From NCBI RefSeq assembly GCF_001194135.2, contig NC_068984.1, positions 132,330,779-132,394,778 on the forward strand: 64,000 bases of DNA. The letters run 5' to 3'. Below, one piece after another: positions 26,718 through 38,814 of this stretch. A program made the position numbers and the translations under genes. This DNA is from Octopus bimaculoides (Eukaryota). Under the pieces are notes generated by a model. It saw only the letters and a list, made by a program, of their open reading frames with translations. It ran no database searches and was not told where the DNA came from. The stretch's first letter is position 1. Each line of letters begins with the position of its first letter.

Positions 26718-29700
26718 AAATGAATGTATACATAACGGTATACATAAAGGAATATATACACAATGTTGACTCATACATGTAGACATATTTTACCCATGTA
26801 CTCTCATATATATACATGTATAAACATGTATTCATAATCCGGTATGTGTACACACACGTATGTCTCTAACTGGAAGTATGTACTGTCTATCATGTTTTCC
26901 CTGTTGTTTATGTTTGTGGAGGTAATCTCATTCAGTGTCTGCTTTAAAGCAACTCCGTTTTGGTCTATTTGAAGTCTTTGAAACTCTCAGATCTCCTGAC
27001 AATCTTTCCTACAAGTTACAATTCTCAATAATAAAATCTAGGACAAATGGTGCTAGCAGACTGAACTGTGAAGAGAGCTAAGAGAATTTATGTAAGGGTA
27101 TGGTAGGGCAAGGTGCTATTTTTTTTTTTTTTTCTAATTGTACTTACCAGATCCTGGGTGTATCAATTCATTGGGGTATGTTGTTGTTGTTTAGCTACCA
27201 AAACCCAATCTAAAGTAAATTCTTCTAAAACAGTCCCCAAAGGCTTGAATGGTGGTCCATCAAATTTTGAAGCCAAGTGATGTTTGTTTAATACACACTG
27301 GATTCAGTGACAGGATCCTGTTCTCAGATTCCCTTGAAATCTTTTCCATTCCAGCCCCACTACCATTTTTTTTTTTTTTTGTTACTTATCACTGTTCAAA
27401 TCAAAACAAATGAATAAGGAACACTGTCGTAGATGTGTGAATCACAGTTGAGAATATATAATCTCTCAAATTAGCATGTATTTGTTTATTTATTGACTGC
27501 CAGTTTGTTGTGAATGAATTTACTGTTTTCATTGTGTGTAAAGTGATGCCTGTCTACATAAGTTTTCCTTGCTGTTAGCCTATATTTTATGCAACAACTC
27601 TTCTCAGATGACAATATGTCAGGGTCACCACACTTTGTTATAGCCTTTTCCATAATATATTTCTTTAAGGTTACATTTGATCTAGACCATTTGCTAATTG
27701 CATATATCTATTTTGGAATCATGCCTGTATGGAGAGGGAGTAAGATAGCTTCTAATCAATGTGAAATAAGTCAAACATTTGGGTTTTGACCAAGTGTGTT
27801 ATTTCCCATTACCACTTTGTTAGTCTGTTTTTTTTTTGATCAGCTGGTGTTGGTTGTGATAAGGGTGTTGTTATAAACTTGATTGAGATAGGCATGAGTG
27901 GCCACATATCCACTTGTATTGAGGATGACTGACCTCATTATATCTTAACAGACCAAATGCCAGTACTCTCCTACCTTTTGGAAAAGAGCTTCAGATATGT
28001 TGTCTTTCAAAATCCACCATCTATTAAATTCTAAGAGGGGGGAAAATAGAAACAACAGAGTAGTTGTATGTAGCATGAATATGATTTGGTTTAATAAGTA
28101 ACCAATTATAACTGAAAGTCGTCATGTGAGAATGTCAAATTTTAGACTTTCTCATTGCAGACTGATATGTTATGTCAGCAACAATATCAACAACTGCAAC
28201 ATGCTTCTGTAAAATCTTTCTTTAATTTTCTTTCAATAAATAAACTTTACAGCCTTGCAGTTGTCTGAACTGTTTTTCTTTTGTAGTGATTCTGAAAGAC
28301 ATGCATGCATATAAGGAAACTAAACCAACCAAATCAAATGATTGGTCAGCTCTGTTGTACATTTATTTCTGTTATTGATTCATTCAACATCACCTGGAGT
28401 GTTATTACACTCTTCTCTTTTTGCATGGCTGACAGATGTACTATTAATTGAAAATGGACTGGTTAAAGAAAATGAGAGTGCCCACTTCTAAAAGCAATTA
28501 GTTCCAACTGTTTATAAATGTCTAAATTTGTCAAAATGCCATTCCATGAAAATATCTGACAGTATTTTGACTGGTCTGATCACCACCACAACTCTGTATT
28601 TCATCTCCCAAATCAGACATGCATGAATTAACTAGGTTGATGTCTATTGAAATATTCAACTGACAAGCATTTAATACCTGTTGCCTGTAATCCTCAAAAC
28701 ACACTTCAACTGTTTTCTAAACCTGCCCCTTGCCTACCATTATGGCTGTTGTAGTTCCCATATAAATCAATGTTGTATGTATATTACAACTTAATGCCTT
28801 TCCTAATGCTAACCACTTTACAGACTGTAAAAAACAAAAACATCCTGTACACTTTGAAAGAACTAGAAAGAACATTGAGCTATAGAAACCATTCCAAAGG
28901 AGACATTATACAACTCGATGCAGTTCTCTGGCTCACTGGATCCTGATGTGAACCATTTAATTAATGTCAACATGGAAGATGGATGGTAGATGATGATGAC
29001 AATGACAATATATTATCTAACATATTGCCAATATTGTTTTTATTTTCATTTCAAGGTTATCTCCCTTGCCTTTATCAACCAGAATTTAAGTTGTGAATTC
29101 TTTCTCTTCACCAGACATAATTTCAATTAGTCCAATTTTCTTGGTTCACCATATTATTTTATATGTTGGCAACAAATCTTTTTATTAGACTGAAAAAGCA
29201 TCACAAGGTGACAGCTACAGTTAAGTTTCTCGTGACTGACTAACTTTTGAAACTTCAGTCATATACATTTAGCTGAAACGTCTGCTCAGAAGCCTCACTA
29301 CATAGGAGTAAACAGTAACGAGACCTCATTAACTTCATTGATAGCAAACTGCAGATTTTCTAGAGGAAGATGTGAAACTAAATCAGCACAGGATGCCACT
29401 TTGGAATGCCATTCTGTGGTATGCTGTTCCCACTGATGCTATAAATTCTCTTTTACTTTTTGTTTTTGTCTATTTGTTTTTATTACTCATTCTCCAAATT
29501 GTTTTTCAGTCAGAGCTGAAAAACATCCTGTTTTGAACCCATGGTTATGGTATTCTCTATATCTCTGTCACTCTCCCTTCCATATAGTAGGCTTGTCATT
29601 TGTTTTTTATTTTATTTTCTAACTTTGCCTTTTTCTGTTATTCATTTCTGAGCTAACTGTTACCTAATAGTGTATGTAAAAAAAAACAAAAACAAAAAAA

Positions 29701-30705
29701 AAATCTTCTGAAAACTAAAGAGCTTTTAAGGATTGCAGCTTATTTCTGGTTTTATGGTGGTGAGCAGATGAATAAATATACTCTTGGATAAGACATTAGT
29801 CTATTGCATGTAACCTTTCCAAATGATCTCATTGCTTCTTGGATGCTAAGAAAACTAAAGTGCTTCAGATAAGGGATTTCCTCCAGTAACACAGCTAAAA
29901 ACACAAATGGTGAGTTTTAAATTCTGAACCTGTAAGTAGGTAGTCTACTATCTTATCTGTTTGGCTATCACACTTTTGATTTCTGCCTTAGTGTATATGT
30001 GACGTGGGAATGAATTTTTTTAATGTTTATGTTTTTGTCAAACATTTAAGCAACCTAACTGAAGTATTTTCTATTGAAGATAGAAACCTGTTTGCAAACT
30101 TTGGTTAGAAAATAAAGTTACAGTCCAACACCTGTAGTAATAATAGTTTTTTCCATATAGGCATGAAGTCTGAGGTTTTTAATGGAGGGGAGAACTGAAG
30201 TCGTGATAGCCATCATTTTCCTGAATATGTTATAACTTTAAGTGAAACAGTAGATACTGACTAGCAGTATTCCATTAACCAAACATATTACATCAGATAA
30301 TGGTAATATTTATCTGTTGTTTATTTACAGATATCACAAAAGCAAACACTGCCATGTTAAAATTATTATTGGCTTCAAATGTTCTCCTGTTCTTTGCATT
30401 GAAATCCAATTTAGAGGTGGTGGTGGTGGTGGTGGTGGTTCAAAGAGTCAAGAGTAATATTATCTTAATATCCTGTTGACTTAGCCCTGGAGGGCTTGTT
30501 TCTTGTTCACCAAAGACTGGAAAATATAAAAACCATCCATTTAATTCTGCTTGAGCTGTAGAACTGTTGGGTATGCACTGTAATATAAAGGCATTACTTA
30601 AAAGAAGGATTCAAGAACCCAGAACGTCCTTCTACCATATATCTCATCCATGCTTGTACTATATAACTGTCTCTGCATATGTATGTGTTACTTTCCATAT
30701 CTAGG

Positions 30706-31466
30706 TGCAGGCATGACTGTGTGGTTAGGAAGCTTGCTTCCCAAGCATATGGCACCTTGGGCATGTCTTCTACTAGAGTCTCAGAGCAGATCAAAGCCTT
30801 TTGAGTGAATTTGGTAGCCAAAAACTGAAAGGAGCCTGTCATATATATATATATATATATATACTCTTTTACTTGTTTCAGTCATTTGACTGTGGCCATG
30901 CTGGAGCACCACCTTTAGTCGAGCAAATAGACTCCAGGACTTATTCTTTGTAAGCCTAGCACTTATTCTATCGGTCTCTTTTGCCGACCCGCTAAGTTAT
31001 GGGGATGTAAACACACCAGCATTGGTTGTCAAGCGATGTTGGGGGACAAACACAGACACACAAACATATACACACACATGCATACATACGACGAGCTTCT
31101 TTCAGTTTCTGTCTACCAAATCCATTCACAAGCCTTTGGTCGGCCTGAGGCTATAGTAAAAGACACTTGCCCAAGGTGCCAAGCAGTGGGACTGAACCTG
31201 GAACCACTCTTGTGCCTATATATATTTGTGTGTGTTCACATGTACCCTTGTCTAGACCTCATGTGATGGTTGTAAATCATTATCAATGTGATGCAAGTAA
31301 GTTTATCTTCTATGAAAAAACAAGTCTGCCCATGGGGAAATATCACCTTGCTTGGAAAACAGCTAAGGGTTGGTGACAGGAAAAGCCTCTAGTTGTAAGA
31401 AAATCAGCCTCAGCGAATTCTGACTGACCTATGCAAGCATGGAAAAATAGACATTAAATGATGAAT
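30706..31466. mobile_element. Nested SINEs: a + strand C/tail 2 element with a - strand C/tail 1 element (30863-31210) inserted in its (TA)n
   Basis: Head 30706-30840, (TA)n, inverted element, TATATATAT, then tail 2 at 31219-31466. Confidence 0.75.
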
Positions 31467-31685
31467 CTATATCAGAAACACTGTATATCCACAGTGTATC
31501 TATATTTAATGTCTTACTATTGTGAGTTTAAATTCTGATAGAATCAAGATTTGTTGCATCCAGGATCAGGGAAGCAGGAGTAGGTTGCTAAGCAGAATAT
31601 CATTTTGTGCTATGATTTTCACATTACTTTCTTCACTGAGAATTTCAGTAGTTTTTCAGACTTGAACTTTTTTATATTGAACACT

Positions 31686-31719
<34 letters not shown>

Positions 31720-32402
31720 ATGTTGCTTCACTTGATCTTGCCATGGTTGAGTGGATGTCTCATGATAAATGTTACTTACTTTCTGCTGCTGCTGCTGCTG
31801 GACAAACTTCATTAACTAGAACAATTTCATGGAACCCTTTACAAAGATGTAAACAGGGTTTGGGGTTCATGCTTTAAGTCAGTAATGTTAAGTCAAACCA
31901 GCTCCAGAAGACTTAAGATCAAAGACCTGCCATTCCATGACTATCACATCTGTTTCTTTTTAAAGGACAGTGTATCTGGAGCTTGATTATCTAATGTGTC
32001 CTTCCTCTTTTCATGATGGAATTTAAGGGAAATTTGAACAGTTACATAGAAGTTCCTTTGTTGGTTTGTATCTCTTATATTAAGATTTGCATGTGACCAC
32101 CATCATTAAACTGGCATATATTTTGACCCTTCGTTTATTGAAATTATGTCTACCACATGTAGTGCTGATAGTGACCTTTCTTATTAATGGAGTTGTTTCG
32201 CTTTGCCTCAAGGTCACCATTTTCTTATATTCCTACATTCTCATGTTAGCTATTTGAATGTTTCTATTGGTAGAAAGTCAGTCTGTTTATCTGGTACCAC
32301 TTGGAAAAAAACAACACTGACAGTATTGTTTGGTGTTCAATGGTAGTGGTAGTGGTGGTGTTTTGGTAATTGTCAGAGAATTTCAGATATTTTCAGGATT
32401 GG

Positions 32403-32434
<32 letters not shown>

Positions 32435-32756
32435 TTTTTTTTTTGCTTCTAAACATTGAGTAAAAGAAACTACCTTGTCTCTGTTGATTCCAGGTTTCAT
32501 AGTCATTCCTTCTTTTGTCACCATCACATTTAATCTAAATTCCTTTGATTACACCGTTCTGACTGTAATCTGTGAAATTGCCACCAATTCTGATACTTAG
32601 TTCTTTCAGTGTTTCCTACTATAAGGAAATATATTAAGTGTACAGGGAGTAGAACCAGGTGTTTCTGAATTCATGATGTCAGGATTTGTCACTGAACTTC
32701 TGGTTAAGAGTTGTCTCTTAAGTAGGGCTCCTCAACTCTCCTCAGTTAGACATTGG

Positions 32757-33110
32757 AGGTGCAAGCATAGCTGTGTGGTTAAGAAGCTTACTTTGCAACC
32801 ATGTGGTCTCAGGTTCAGTCTCACTGCATGGCACCTTGGGCCAGTGTCTTCTACTATAGCCCTGGGCCAACCAATACCTTGTGAGTGAACTTGATAGATG
32901 GAAACTGTATGGAGGTCTTCATGTGTTTGTGTCTGTGTGTGTGTGTGCCTGTTTCCCACCCCACTGCATGTTAGCCAGTGTTGGTTTGTTTATGTTCCCA
33001 GAACTTAGTGGTTCAGCAAAAGAGGACAGTAGAATAAGTATCAGACTTAAAAAGGAGAAATAAGTCCTAGGGTCGCAGTCCAATGACTAAAATAAGTTAA
33101 AGCTGAAACA
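32757..33110 (+). mobile_element. Family C SINE, tail 1
   Basis: Head GCATAGCTGTGTGGTTAAGAAGC, core GGCACCTTGGGCCAGTGTC, then (TG)n and tail 1. Confidence 0.8.
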
Positions 33111-33369
33111 TAAAGATTTGTATCTTACCCTCGTCTCTGTCAATAAAGCACCAATCTTAAGCGCTCGTAGTTCATATCCTGCCATTGGTACCAAAGCATC
33201 TATAGCCTGTCCATTTATTTCTTTACATCCTTGTTCACATAACTGTAAGTAGGTATCATAGAAGGTGAAATTCTAACATAATGCTCTAAATAACAGCTGT
33301 ATTATAAAAATGAGAAACCCACTAGCATCTAGTTCAGTATTTTGAGTTCTGTATGTATATTTGTCACTT

Positions 33370-34040
33370 CTTTCAGTCATTGAATTGCAGCCATGCAGTT
33401 GAAGGATTTTAATTGGACAATTCAACTCCAGTTTTATTTTTGTTTTTTAAAGTCTGGTACTTATTCCATTAGTCTCTTTAGTTGAACCACTAAATCACAG
33501 GAATGTGAACAAATCAATACCAGAGTAAAGATTATTTGCCAACATAACATGGCAGTCCTGGTTTAGGACAAATGTTGCTATAATTTAGCCCCAGGAGACA
33601 TCATCTCCAGCTGGCTATACAACACGATCTGTGTCCTTATATTTTCAAACAAGGACAGATCGTGTCGTATAGCCAGCTGGAGACGATGTCTCCTGGGGTT
33701 AAATTACAGCAACATTCATCCTAAACCAGGACTGCCATGTTATGTTGGCAAATAATCTTTCCTCTAGAGTACTGTTGCTGAATATCTCTCATTGGGAGAT
33801 TTACAAATAGTAATTTTCTTAATCAATACCAGTTGTCAAGCGATGGGTTATAAACTCAAACATGTACATACACACACACACACATGTATAAAATGGGTTT
33901 CTTTCAGTGTCTACTTACCAAATCCACTCATAAGGCTTTGGTTGGTCCAGAATATAGTAGACACTTGCTCAAGGTGCCATGCAGTGGGACTGAACCCAAA
34001 ATCAGGTGGCTGGGAAGAAAACTTTTTACCACACAGCCAT
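33370..34040 (-). mobile_element. Family C SINE, tail 1, interrupted by the 33523 hairpin insertion
   Basis: The tail (33370-33522) and the remainder (33821-34040) rejoin at AATCAATACCA|GTTGTCAAGCG. Confidence 0.75.
33523..33764. mobile_element. Foldback (hairpin) element / MITE with ~115-bp inverted arms and a 12-nt loop
   Basis: Arms 33523-33638 and 33651-33764 are reverse-complementary with 7 mismatches and one 2-nt bulge. Termini GAGTAAAG / CTTTCCTC. Inserted in a minus-strand SINE. Confidence 0.85.
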
Positions 34041-34146
34041 TATGTAAAAGAGATAAAATGAATGTTTTAACAAATTAAATTTTTCTGTCTATTTTCTTAT
34101 GCTGTATTATATTTGGAGGGATTATCAGTACAGTAACTGATTGAGT

Positions 34147-34471
34147 GTGGAGGCGCAATGGCCCAGTGGTTAGGGCAGTGGACTCAGTCGGAGGATCGCG
34201 GTTTCGATTCCCAGACAGGGCGTTGTGTGTGTTTATTGAGCGTAAACACCTAAAGCTCCATGAGGCTCAAGCATGTGGGGGGCGACCCCTGTTGTACTCT
34301 TTTGCACCAACTTTCTCTCACTCTTTCTTCTTGTTTCTTGAGTACTGCTGCGATGGACTGGTGTCCCATCCAGCTTGGGGGGGGGGACACATACGCCATA
34401 GAAACCGGGAAACCGGGCCTATGAGCCTGGCTAGGCTTTAAAAGGGCACATAAAAAAAGAAAAAAAAAAAG
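34147..34471 (+). mobile_element. SINE with family A head and body but a different 3' module and an A-rich tail
   Basis: The first ~190 nt align with family A, then CTGCGATGGACTGGTGTCCCATCCAG... and poly-A. 10-bp TSD CTGATTGAGT at 34137-34146 and 34472-34481. Confidence 0.85.
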
Positions 34472-35023
34472 CTGATTGAGTCATTTGTATACAGATTGGC
34501 ATTTACTATTCAATTTGAAAAAATTCTAATTTCTGTGTCTTCAAAATTTCTAGCTAAATGTTGTTTCTATTTACAGGTTTAGTTTGTCTTGGAAGTTGTC
34601 AAGCTAGACGTTTCGGCATTTTTGTATTGCACTTTAAAATAATTTTGAAACGTGCTCATTAACAAAATGGAACTAAGCAATACTTACTATCAGTGAATGA
34701 ATGTTCTGTGATATTTTACACCTGTCTGTAATGATATATATATATGTGTGTGTGTATACATGATACCTTCTAGGCTATCATTCTTTTCTTCTACATTCAT
34801 GTTCATGTACTTTTAATACTTGCGTCTACACTTTTGTCAATATTGCTTGTTAATTTCCCCCTCCAAGTTGAGTATCCTATTCTTTCTACTATAGGCACAA
34901 GGCCTGAAATTTTGTACAGTGGGACGGAACCCAAGACCACATGGTTGGGAAGCAAGCTTCTTAACCACACAGCCACGCTTATGCCTCACCACTGATTACT
35001 TTTTTCATTTCCATCTTTTACAG

Positions 35024-35085
35024 GTGTATCACATAGACCAATGTAATGTTTACCACTTGGAGATCAGCTGACAGGCTGCTGCAGG
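35024..35085 (+). other. 5' UTR portion of the first coding exon; implies at least one upstream non-coding exon that I could not locate
   Basis: Strong acceptor at 35022-35023, and an in-frame stop between the acceptor and the ATG. Confidence 0.7.
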
Positions 35086-35178
35086 ATGTCTTTACTAAAT
35101 GGCAGTGGGTCCCCTAAGAAGAGGAAAGTTGTACAGGTGATACTCTTAAGTGGGGCTGAATTCAAGACATATGTAGAT
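35086..35178 (+). CDS. ex: First coding exon of expanded/FRMD6-like FERM protein (MSLLNGSGSPKKRKVVQVILLSGAEFKTYVD)
   Basis: ATG at 35086 has A at -3, and an in-frame TAA lies upstream at 35044-35046. Donor GAT|GTAAGT at 35178/35179, phase 0. Acceptor TTTTACAG at 35023 follows a pyrimidine tract and a CTGAT branch-like motif. The peptide resembles the FERM F1 beta1 region. Confidence 0.85.
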
Positions 35179-36265
35179 GTAAGTTTTATTCTTACTACTT
35201 TTGCTGCTTCGTGTCTGTGCAGTTGTTGCATATCTTGCTGCAAGGGTGCAAACGATAGCTTGTGTATATACTAAAGTGACAGACTGACTGACTGTGTGTG
35301 GTGAGGCTTCACAGTTGAGTAGTTGTGAGATATTGGTCTGTTAACCCTTGCTCTGGTTGAGTCACTGATCTGCTGCAGTACCACTTACCCAACCCACAGA
35401 GCTAATAATGATTGTTGTTGCTGTTGTATTTTAGCCCCTGCTCCACCCTGGTCATCTTTGCTTGGACACTCCTTTGATCAAAAGCATTCCAACGTTGACC
35501 ATTGTATTTTTCTTTCAAGCACAATATATCTAGGTATACATTGTCTAATTTGTCTTTTTTTTTTTATGATGTGAAAGGAGGGAAATTTAGCTGCTATTTC
35601 TAAACAAGTCAAACAACCTTATAGAGACTTGTTGTTGTTGAACTTTATTATATCTACAAGGGAAAAGGATCATACACATGATTTTTACTCAACCAGGGAG
35701 TCAGCAAGGAATCTTTTATATGATACTGCTAGAAATAGCAGTCAAATCTCCCTTAAATCACATTCATCGCTATATACTGTACTTCTACATATGTTATTTT
35801 CATAAAACAATAGAATGGGTGTTTATGAAACACCTTTAGTCATAAACCTATTAAACCAGGACTGACCTGAGGCCTAAATGATACCAGAAACAGCAGTATT
35901 TATATTTGTCAGAATTCACACTTTTTAATAATTGATGTTTAATTACTTAAATCATATTACTGAACAACTTCCTGACTATGTTTCTAACAAGCCAACTTCC
36001 TATTGTGCTTTAATTACTTTTCAATATAATTAGACATTGGAGTAGCTTACTGAAATGTTGGCAACATCATAAATTGTTATACATAAAATGGATCTAGGTT
36101 CTGGAGTCTCATGTTGTTAGTGCTAGGTCGGCATTATGTTCCTTCACACATTAGCTTATCAGAATAAGTGTGGTATCATAATTAAACATCGTTTGTGTGT
36201 TCTTAAAAATAGAAAAAAATATCTTTAGACTGCATTTTTGAATGAGGTACAATAATAGGAACGTT

Positions 36266-36296
<31 letters not shown>

Positions 36297-36502
36297 ATGT
36301 ATATATTGGTTTCAACAATTTTGCAAGGAGAGAGTAAGCCGGTTACATCAGCCCCAGTACTCAACTGGTACTTATTTGACCAACCCCCAAACAGATGAAA
36401 AGCAAAGTCGCTCTCGGTGGAATTTGAACTTAAAGATAAAGGAAATGCTGCTAAGAATGTTACCTAATGTGCTAACAATTCTGCCAGTTTGCCTCATATA
36501 TA

Positions 36503-36810
36503 TATGGGCCGACCAAAGCCTTGTGAGTGGATTTGGTAGACGAAAACTGAAAGAAGCCCGTCGCATATATGTATATATATGTGTGTATGTGTGTGCATGT
36601 TTGTGTGTCTGTGCTTGTGCCCCCAACATCGCTTGACAACCGATGCTGGTGTGTTTACGTCCCCGTAACTTAGCGGCTCATAATAAGTGACCGATAGAAT
36701 AAGTACTAGGCTTCAATGAATAAGTCCTGCGGTCGATTTGCTCGACTAAATGGCGGTGCTCCAGCATGGCCGCAGTCAAATGACTGAAACAAGTAAAAGA
36801 TAAAAGATAT
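36503..36810 (+). mobile_element. Young 5'-truncated family C SINE with tail type 1
   Basis: GCCTTGTGAGTGGATTTGG, then a TA/TG microsatellite, then CTTGACAACCGATGCTGGTGTGTTTACGTCCCCGTAAC...GTCAAATGACTGAAACAAGTAAAAGA. Many CpGs are retained. Confidence 0.85.
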
Positions 36811-37164
36811 ATAGAATAACACTCACGCAAACATTATTAACAATACAGATCACTACGACCATCAACAGGTCAATGTCAGGACACCTAACCAATTAACACT
36901 GCTACTATCATAGCACTCCTTCTTCGAACCCAAAAGAGTTAACAAGTGAAACAGAGACATGCAGAAACAAGAAAAATGCCGCTGTTACTTGAATACTATA
37001 CAAATACGTCTTTAAAAAGACTTTTCTTTTAAATTTACCAAAATTTAATTTTTCAATAATTTTTCAGAAATCTATNNNNNNNNNNCCCTTTCTCCCTACA
37101 CACACACAGTGAAAGTATATATATATATATACATATGTACATACACACACACACATCCTTTCTC

Positions 37165-37195
<31 letters not shown>

Positions 37196-37651
37196 ACTTA
37201 CACATTCATAAACAATAAGTAGGCGTATCCAGTATATCATGTAAAAGACCACAGTGATAAAGATGATGTTTTATTGCTGACATCAAAAGCAATTCAGGTG
37301 GAAAAACATTAAAAGGCAGATAAACAAACAGAAGTTGTGTAGACCTGAATTGGTTGCATTCTGTGGCCTGGTGGTAATTTGCAGTTATTTGATAAGAACA
37401 AGTATATATCTGGAGAAATGAACGTTGAACAATTTAAAACATTTTCCAAGCACTCTAACAGCTAGAGCAGTGGTTTCCAACGTTTTTTTTAAAAACCTAT
37501 TTAAAACATTTGTTTCCTGTTTTACTTGGGTGGACCCTTATAGCCATTCACTGTTTAAAAAAAGTCCTACTATATTTTTATAATTAGATATGAGGAATTG
37601 TATAAAAAAAATTGTCAAAATATTTTTATGTTGTAGAAATAGAAATGAAAT

Positions 37652-38012
37652 GGCACTCTGTTGCTCACAATGCCAAGGGTTCCAGTTGATCTGATCAATG
37701 AAACAGCTTGCTCCTGGAATTAACCCTTTCGTTACCAACCCGGCTGAAACCGGCTCTGGCTCTGTAGTACAAATGCCTTGTCATAAGTTTTGAATTAAAA
37801 TCTTCCACCAAACAATTTATGTTCCTAACACTAGCTGAATGACAACTAAGTTATTTTACTGAATTCTTTGTTATATTTAAAATTAATTGAAAGAAACACA
37901 GAACATCTCAAAATAAATACAGTAACGAAAGGGTTAATGTGCAAGTGGTTGAATACTGTTCAGACATGCATACCCTTAACGTAGTTCTCAGGAATATTCA
38001 GCATGACACAGA
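37652..38012 (-). mobile_element. Degraded 3' part of a family A SINE, split by a TTAA MITE
   Basis: TGGCACTCTG...GGAATTAA before the MITE and TTAATGTGCAAGTGG...CAGCATGACACAG after it rejoin to the family A sequence. Confidence 0.75.
37724..37933. mobile_element. piggyBac-type MITE, family P1
   Basis: TIRs CCCTTTCGTTAC / GTAACGAAAGGG. TTAA on both sides (37720-37723, 37934-37937), at the TTAA native to the host SINE. Confidence 0.88.
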
Positions 38013-38777
38013 ATGTGTAAAATAGGTAAAGGTTGGCTACAGGTAGAGCATCCAGTAATAAAATTGTACCTCAAATCTATATCCTAGCTCTATACTAGCA
38101 TGGCATTGATTGAACAAGACTTATCTAATATGTCCTTGCTTTTTTTTTTTTAAATGATAGGGTATGATTGAAAGGAGTTTGGGTTCACATTTCTTATGAC
38201 TAAAGCAACCACAAATGTTGCAGGTGCTCCCGTAGTTCTTCAGATTAAAATTATGTATGTGCATGTTGTGTGCAGCAGTCTGGGAGGCCCAGCCTTTTTT
38301 CTTCTTCTGTGAGTGTGTTATGTCACACTGTGCAAAGAAGTGCAGTACCCACAGACTTTATAGGACTTACTAGGTTGGTGAGGCTAGAATGGTGAATACT
38401 TTCAGGGAACCTGTGGCCTAGTAGGGTGTTTTTTCAGAAGGTTGTAAATAAACCTTAGGAGAAAGGGTTTAGGTGGTGGTAAGAGGTGAGTAATGAAAGA
38501 AGACAGTAATCAGAATTTTTTCTTTTTTCTATATAAGGGTTTTCCATTAGTGTGTGTGTGTGTGTGTGTAGCAGCTGTTTCATACCTTACAAAAAAAATT
38601 TGTATTAGATATGTGCTATTATTACGAAATGGCTGTGTGGTTAAGAAACTCACTTTGCAACTACATAGTTTGGGTTCAGTCCCACTGCATGGCATTGGAG
38701 CAAGTGTCTTCTGCTATAGTCCTGGCTGACCAGTACATTGCAAGTGAATTTGATTGATGGAGAAACTATGAAAACCA

Positions 38778-38814
<37 letters not shown>

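Noticed and set aside
34577-34693. Possible extra 5' UTR exon (TTTACAG| ... CA|GTGAAT)
   Set aside because: The acceptor is plausible, but the donor is weak and there is no independent support.
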